Source: a virus (taxonomy: Duplodnaviria > Heunggongvirae > Uroviricota > Caudoviricetes). Taken from it: a stretch of DNA of 64,000 nt. Position numbers and translations under genes: made by a program. Of the stretch, positions 62,083 to 64,000 are shown one piece after another. Position 1 is the first letter of the stretch. Each line of letters starts with the position of its first letter. The stretch covers positions 33,169-97,168 of the IMG/VR virus record IMGVR_UViG_2974540528_000001; one strand, written 5' to 3'. A model generated the notes under the pieces. That model saw only the letters and a list, made by a program, of their open reading frames with translations. It ran no database searches and was not told where the DNA came from.

Positions 62083-62360
62083 TGATTGAGTTTTTTAGAA
62101 GTCTTTATTTCAAGCTGTTTAGAAACAGGCGGTTGTCTTTGTATGCGACATCAAAATGGTCAGTAACTTGGACAGACATCGGGGTTAAGGAAAAAGGACA
62201 GTGGATGTATTTTGTATCTCCGACAGGAAAAAGGTACGTAGAGCCAACCAACGTGCCGTGCCTTTTATCGAGGTCTGATCTACCTGGGTATGCTGCCTGC
62301 ACGATCTGGAGAAACGGTGGCCCATTGCCGGACAGTGCTCGGAGGGTAAAAGATGAATAA
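62083..62360 (+). CDS. hypothetical protein
   Basis: Track ORF 61977-62360; start chosen at ATG 62083 (MIEFF...) after AAGGGTATATCTTATG. Confidence 0.35.
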
Positions 62361-62601
62361 ATTTAGGCTAAAATGTCAAAGTGGACGTTGGTGGGTGCAG
62401 GAAAAATTCTTTGGATTCCTGTGGCTAACCATTTGGAATTCCTCTTTGACGAAAGAAAGTGCAATGGCAAAGATTGCAGAGCACGTCCAGGAAAAAGAGG
62501 ATGAGTGCATTTACTATCCAACACGGGAAGAGATTATCTCCGCAGTCTCTGCTAAAATGGTGCGACCAGGTCCACCACCAGCCCCTCCTTCCAAGCCTTG
62601 A
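62353..62601 (+). CDS. hypothetical protein
   Basis: 82-aa ORF, Pro-rich C-terminus. Confidence 0.4.
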   Translation: MNKFRLKCQSGRWWVQEKFFGFLWLTIWNSSLTKESAMAKIAEHVQEKEDECIYYPTREEIISAVSAKMVRPGPPPAPPSKP

Positions 62602-62614
62602 TGAGGATAAAAAT

Positions 62615-62863
62615 ATGATTTACGATGATTTGGTTTTGATAAAGTCTGCTCTGAAGAAATCTCGGAGCAATGGAATTTACTTCAGAGACCCGAAGTGGTT
62701 ACAGGGCATTTACATCTACATGTCCAAGGAAGGTAGTTTATATCTTGTTTACAATTTAGACAAAATGTGCCTACTGGAAGGATTTCGTTGTTGTCCAATT
62801 CATGAGCATGACCGCCCCAGGCTTGGTGGTGAATCTTTTGAGATCTGGGATGGTGCTTTATGA
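62615..62863 (+). CDS. hypothetical protein
   Basis: Track ORF 62459-62863; start chosen at ATG 62615 (MIYDDLV...) after GAGGATAAAAATATG. Confidence 0.4.
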   Translation: MIYDDLVLIKSALKKSRSNGIYFRDPKWLQGIYIYMSKEGSLYLVYNLDKMCLLEGFRCCPIHEHDRPRLGGESFEIWDGAL

Positions 62864-63194
62864 TTGAAATCTGGAAAACCCTAGGATGTGTTTTCATGTC
62901 CTTTGTGATGGGAACCGGGCTGGCGCAAACTGCCGAGTCCCATGATTTTGTCGGGATGTTGCTGTTTGGAATGGCCTTTGCCTTCTGGACTAACCTCTCC
63001 CTTCTACGTATTTTTGGCGATCATTAGGAGTTAATATGGGAAGCACTTTTACTGTACAATACTGGACAAACGCCTACGAAGGTGAGTATAAATATTACGT
63101 ATTCTGGCAGGGAGAAAGCTTTGACGAGGCCCTTCGGCAGATGGTAAAATGCAAGGGTGAAGGCTACGGTTGCGTAAAGATGGAGTGGCGGTGA

Positions 63195-63743
63195 ATGAAG
63201 ATAGAAAGCAAAAATATGGCTATGGGAACGCAGTCTTTACAGCAAATGTCAAGAGATTACCAATGGTGGGACCCGAGGGGGACTCCCAATGGGAGAACCC
63301 TCTCAAACGAGGAGGTTATATTTCTGAAAGCCATCAAGAAGTACACCAAATGGCCTTTGACGAAAGTAGCCGAAATGATGGGAATCTCATACCACAAGGT
63401 TATAAAGGCCGTCCGATTAAGAGACCCCGTGCTAGTACCTTCAAGAATCCCGGAATATTTTTATGAGGCTACAGGGATGGTAAAGGGTAAAAATGGTCCC
63501 GAAGGTACTGCCAAGAACATCAAAGCTGGAAATCAAGCGCTCAGTGACGAGGATGTCGCGGTCATAAGAGAACTGCACAAGAAAGGGCATACTGTGGAAG
63601 ACATCGCCGCAGCCTTTAATAAAAGCATCGGATACACCGGAACACTTATCAGGGGCGATAGTCGCCACTTCTTGTCCGCAGACCCTGAACGGGTGAAAGA
63701 AAGAATGGCTAGCTTTGAAAAACTGTTTGGTGATCGTGTATAG
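63195..63743 (+). CDS. putative DNA-binding protein with two HTH-like repeats
   Basis: 182 aa; two similar segments (LSNEEVIFLKAIKKYTKWPLTKVAEMMGISYHKV and LSDEDVAVIRELHKKGHTVEDIAAAFNKSIGYT) resembling sigma-region-4/LuxR-type HTH. Confidence 0.45.
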   Translation: MKIESKNMAMGTQSLQQMSRDYQWWDPRGTPNGRTLSNEEVIFLKAIKKYTKWPLTKVAEMMGISYHKVIKAVRLRDPVLVPSRIPEYFYEATGMVKGKNGPEGTAKNIKAGNQALSDEDVAVIRELHKKGHTVEDIAAAFNKSIGYTGTLIRGDSRHFLSADPERVKERMASFEKLFGDRV

Positions 63744-64000
63744 GCGCGAAGCGCCGCGCCGTCCAAATCCAGTACCCCCGCTATGCCGGGGCCTGGATTT
63801 TGCCGTCGATCTTTTTGTGAAGGAGTTCTTGTGAAAAATTATTATGTCCTCGATGAGACATGCACGGGCCACCGCCAGCGTATCTTCCAGTTAGTGATGA
63901 GAAGTTTCAGCATCGATGCAAATACCAGAGACACCTGGTGTAGCCTGTTCAAAACTAAAGGTTATAAACGTGCAGTGGAGACCCGTAGAAAAATAAACAA

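Noticed and set aside
63742-63830. GC-rich nested hairpins (GGCGCGAAGCGCC... and AAATCCAG...CTGGATTT) after the last complete gene
   Set aside because: Likely a terminator-like element, but the T-tract is weak and the window ends shortly after; not called as a feature
1-64000. CRISPR arrays, integrase/attachment sites, transposases
   Set aside because: No regularly spaced direct repeats, tyrosine or serine recombinase motifs, or IS-type terminal inverted repeats were seen; the window looks like a lytic-phage genome segment without integrated mobile elements other than homing-endonuclease genes

Overview
The window looks like a stretch from a large virulent tailed phage. Gene content (NrdAB, ThyX, PhoH, NadV plus Prs, a large tRNA array, many HNH endonucleases) tentatively suggests a Felix-O1-like myovirus; that placement was not confirmed by any search.

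Layout:
- Positions 1-21562 run on the minus strand. They hold a head-morphogenesis module (terminase large subunit, portal, putative prohead protease, scaffold, major capsid protein), a spanin pair, and an array of at least 26 tRNA or tRNA-like genes (9558-17318) interleaved with an HNH endonuclease and several small ORFs. After the array come a Nampt-family phosphoribosyltransferase (NadV-like), a short PRPP-synthetase-like protein and an HTH regulator.
- A divergent control region (21563-21820) carries a perfect-arm palindrome and a near-consensus sigma70 promoter.
- Positions 21821-64000 run almost entirely on the plus strand as an early/middle-gene block with many near-consensus TTGACA-N16/17-TATAAT promoters and hairpin/T-tract terminators.

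The plus-strand block encodes several recognisable groups:
- RNA end-healing and sealing: calcineurin-like phosphoesterase, RNA-ligase-like nucleotidyltransferase, T4-Pnk-like P-loop kinase.
- NAD-linked pair: a zinc-less Sir2 gene whose stop overlaps the start of a WGR-domain ATP-dependent DNA ligase.
- NADAR domain protein followed by an HNH endonuclease.
- Lipoprotein SPFH/band-7 protein with a small RHH protein.
- Recombination nucleases: T5-D15-like flap endonuclease, RuvC-like protein, endonuclease VII, DnaQ-like exonuclease.
- Two N6-adenine methyltransferases.
- Nucleotide metabolism: dNMP kinase, HAD 5'-nucleotidase, ThyX, NrdA, NrdB, glutaredoxin.
- GH19 endolysin, PhoH, a ClpP-like protease and a DprA/SLOG-like protein.
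- tRNA-directed enzymes: CCA-adding enzyme, PTH2-like peptidyl-tRNA hydrolase, Pol-beta-type nucleotidyltransferase.
- Two paralogous AP2-domain proteins.

All functional calls rest on motifs recognised by eye in the six-frame translations. No database search was run.
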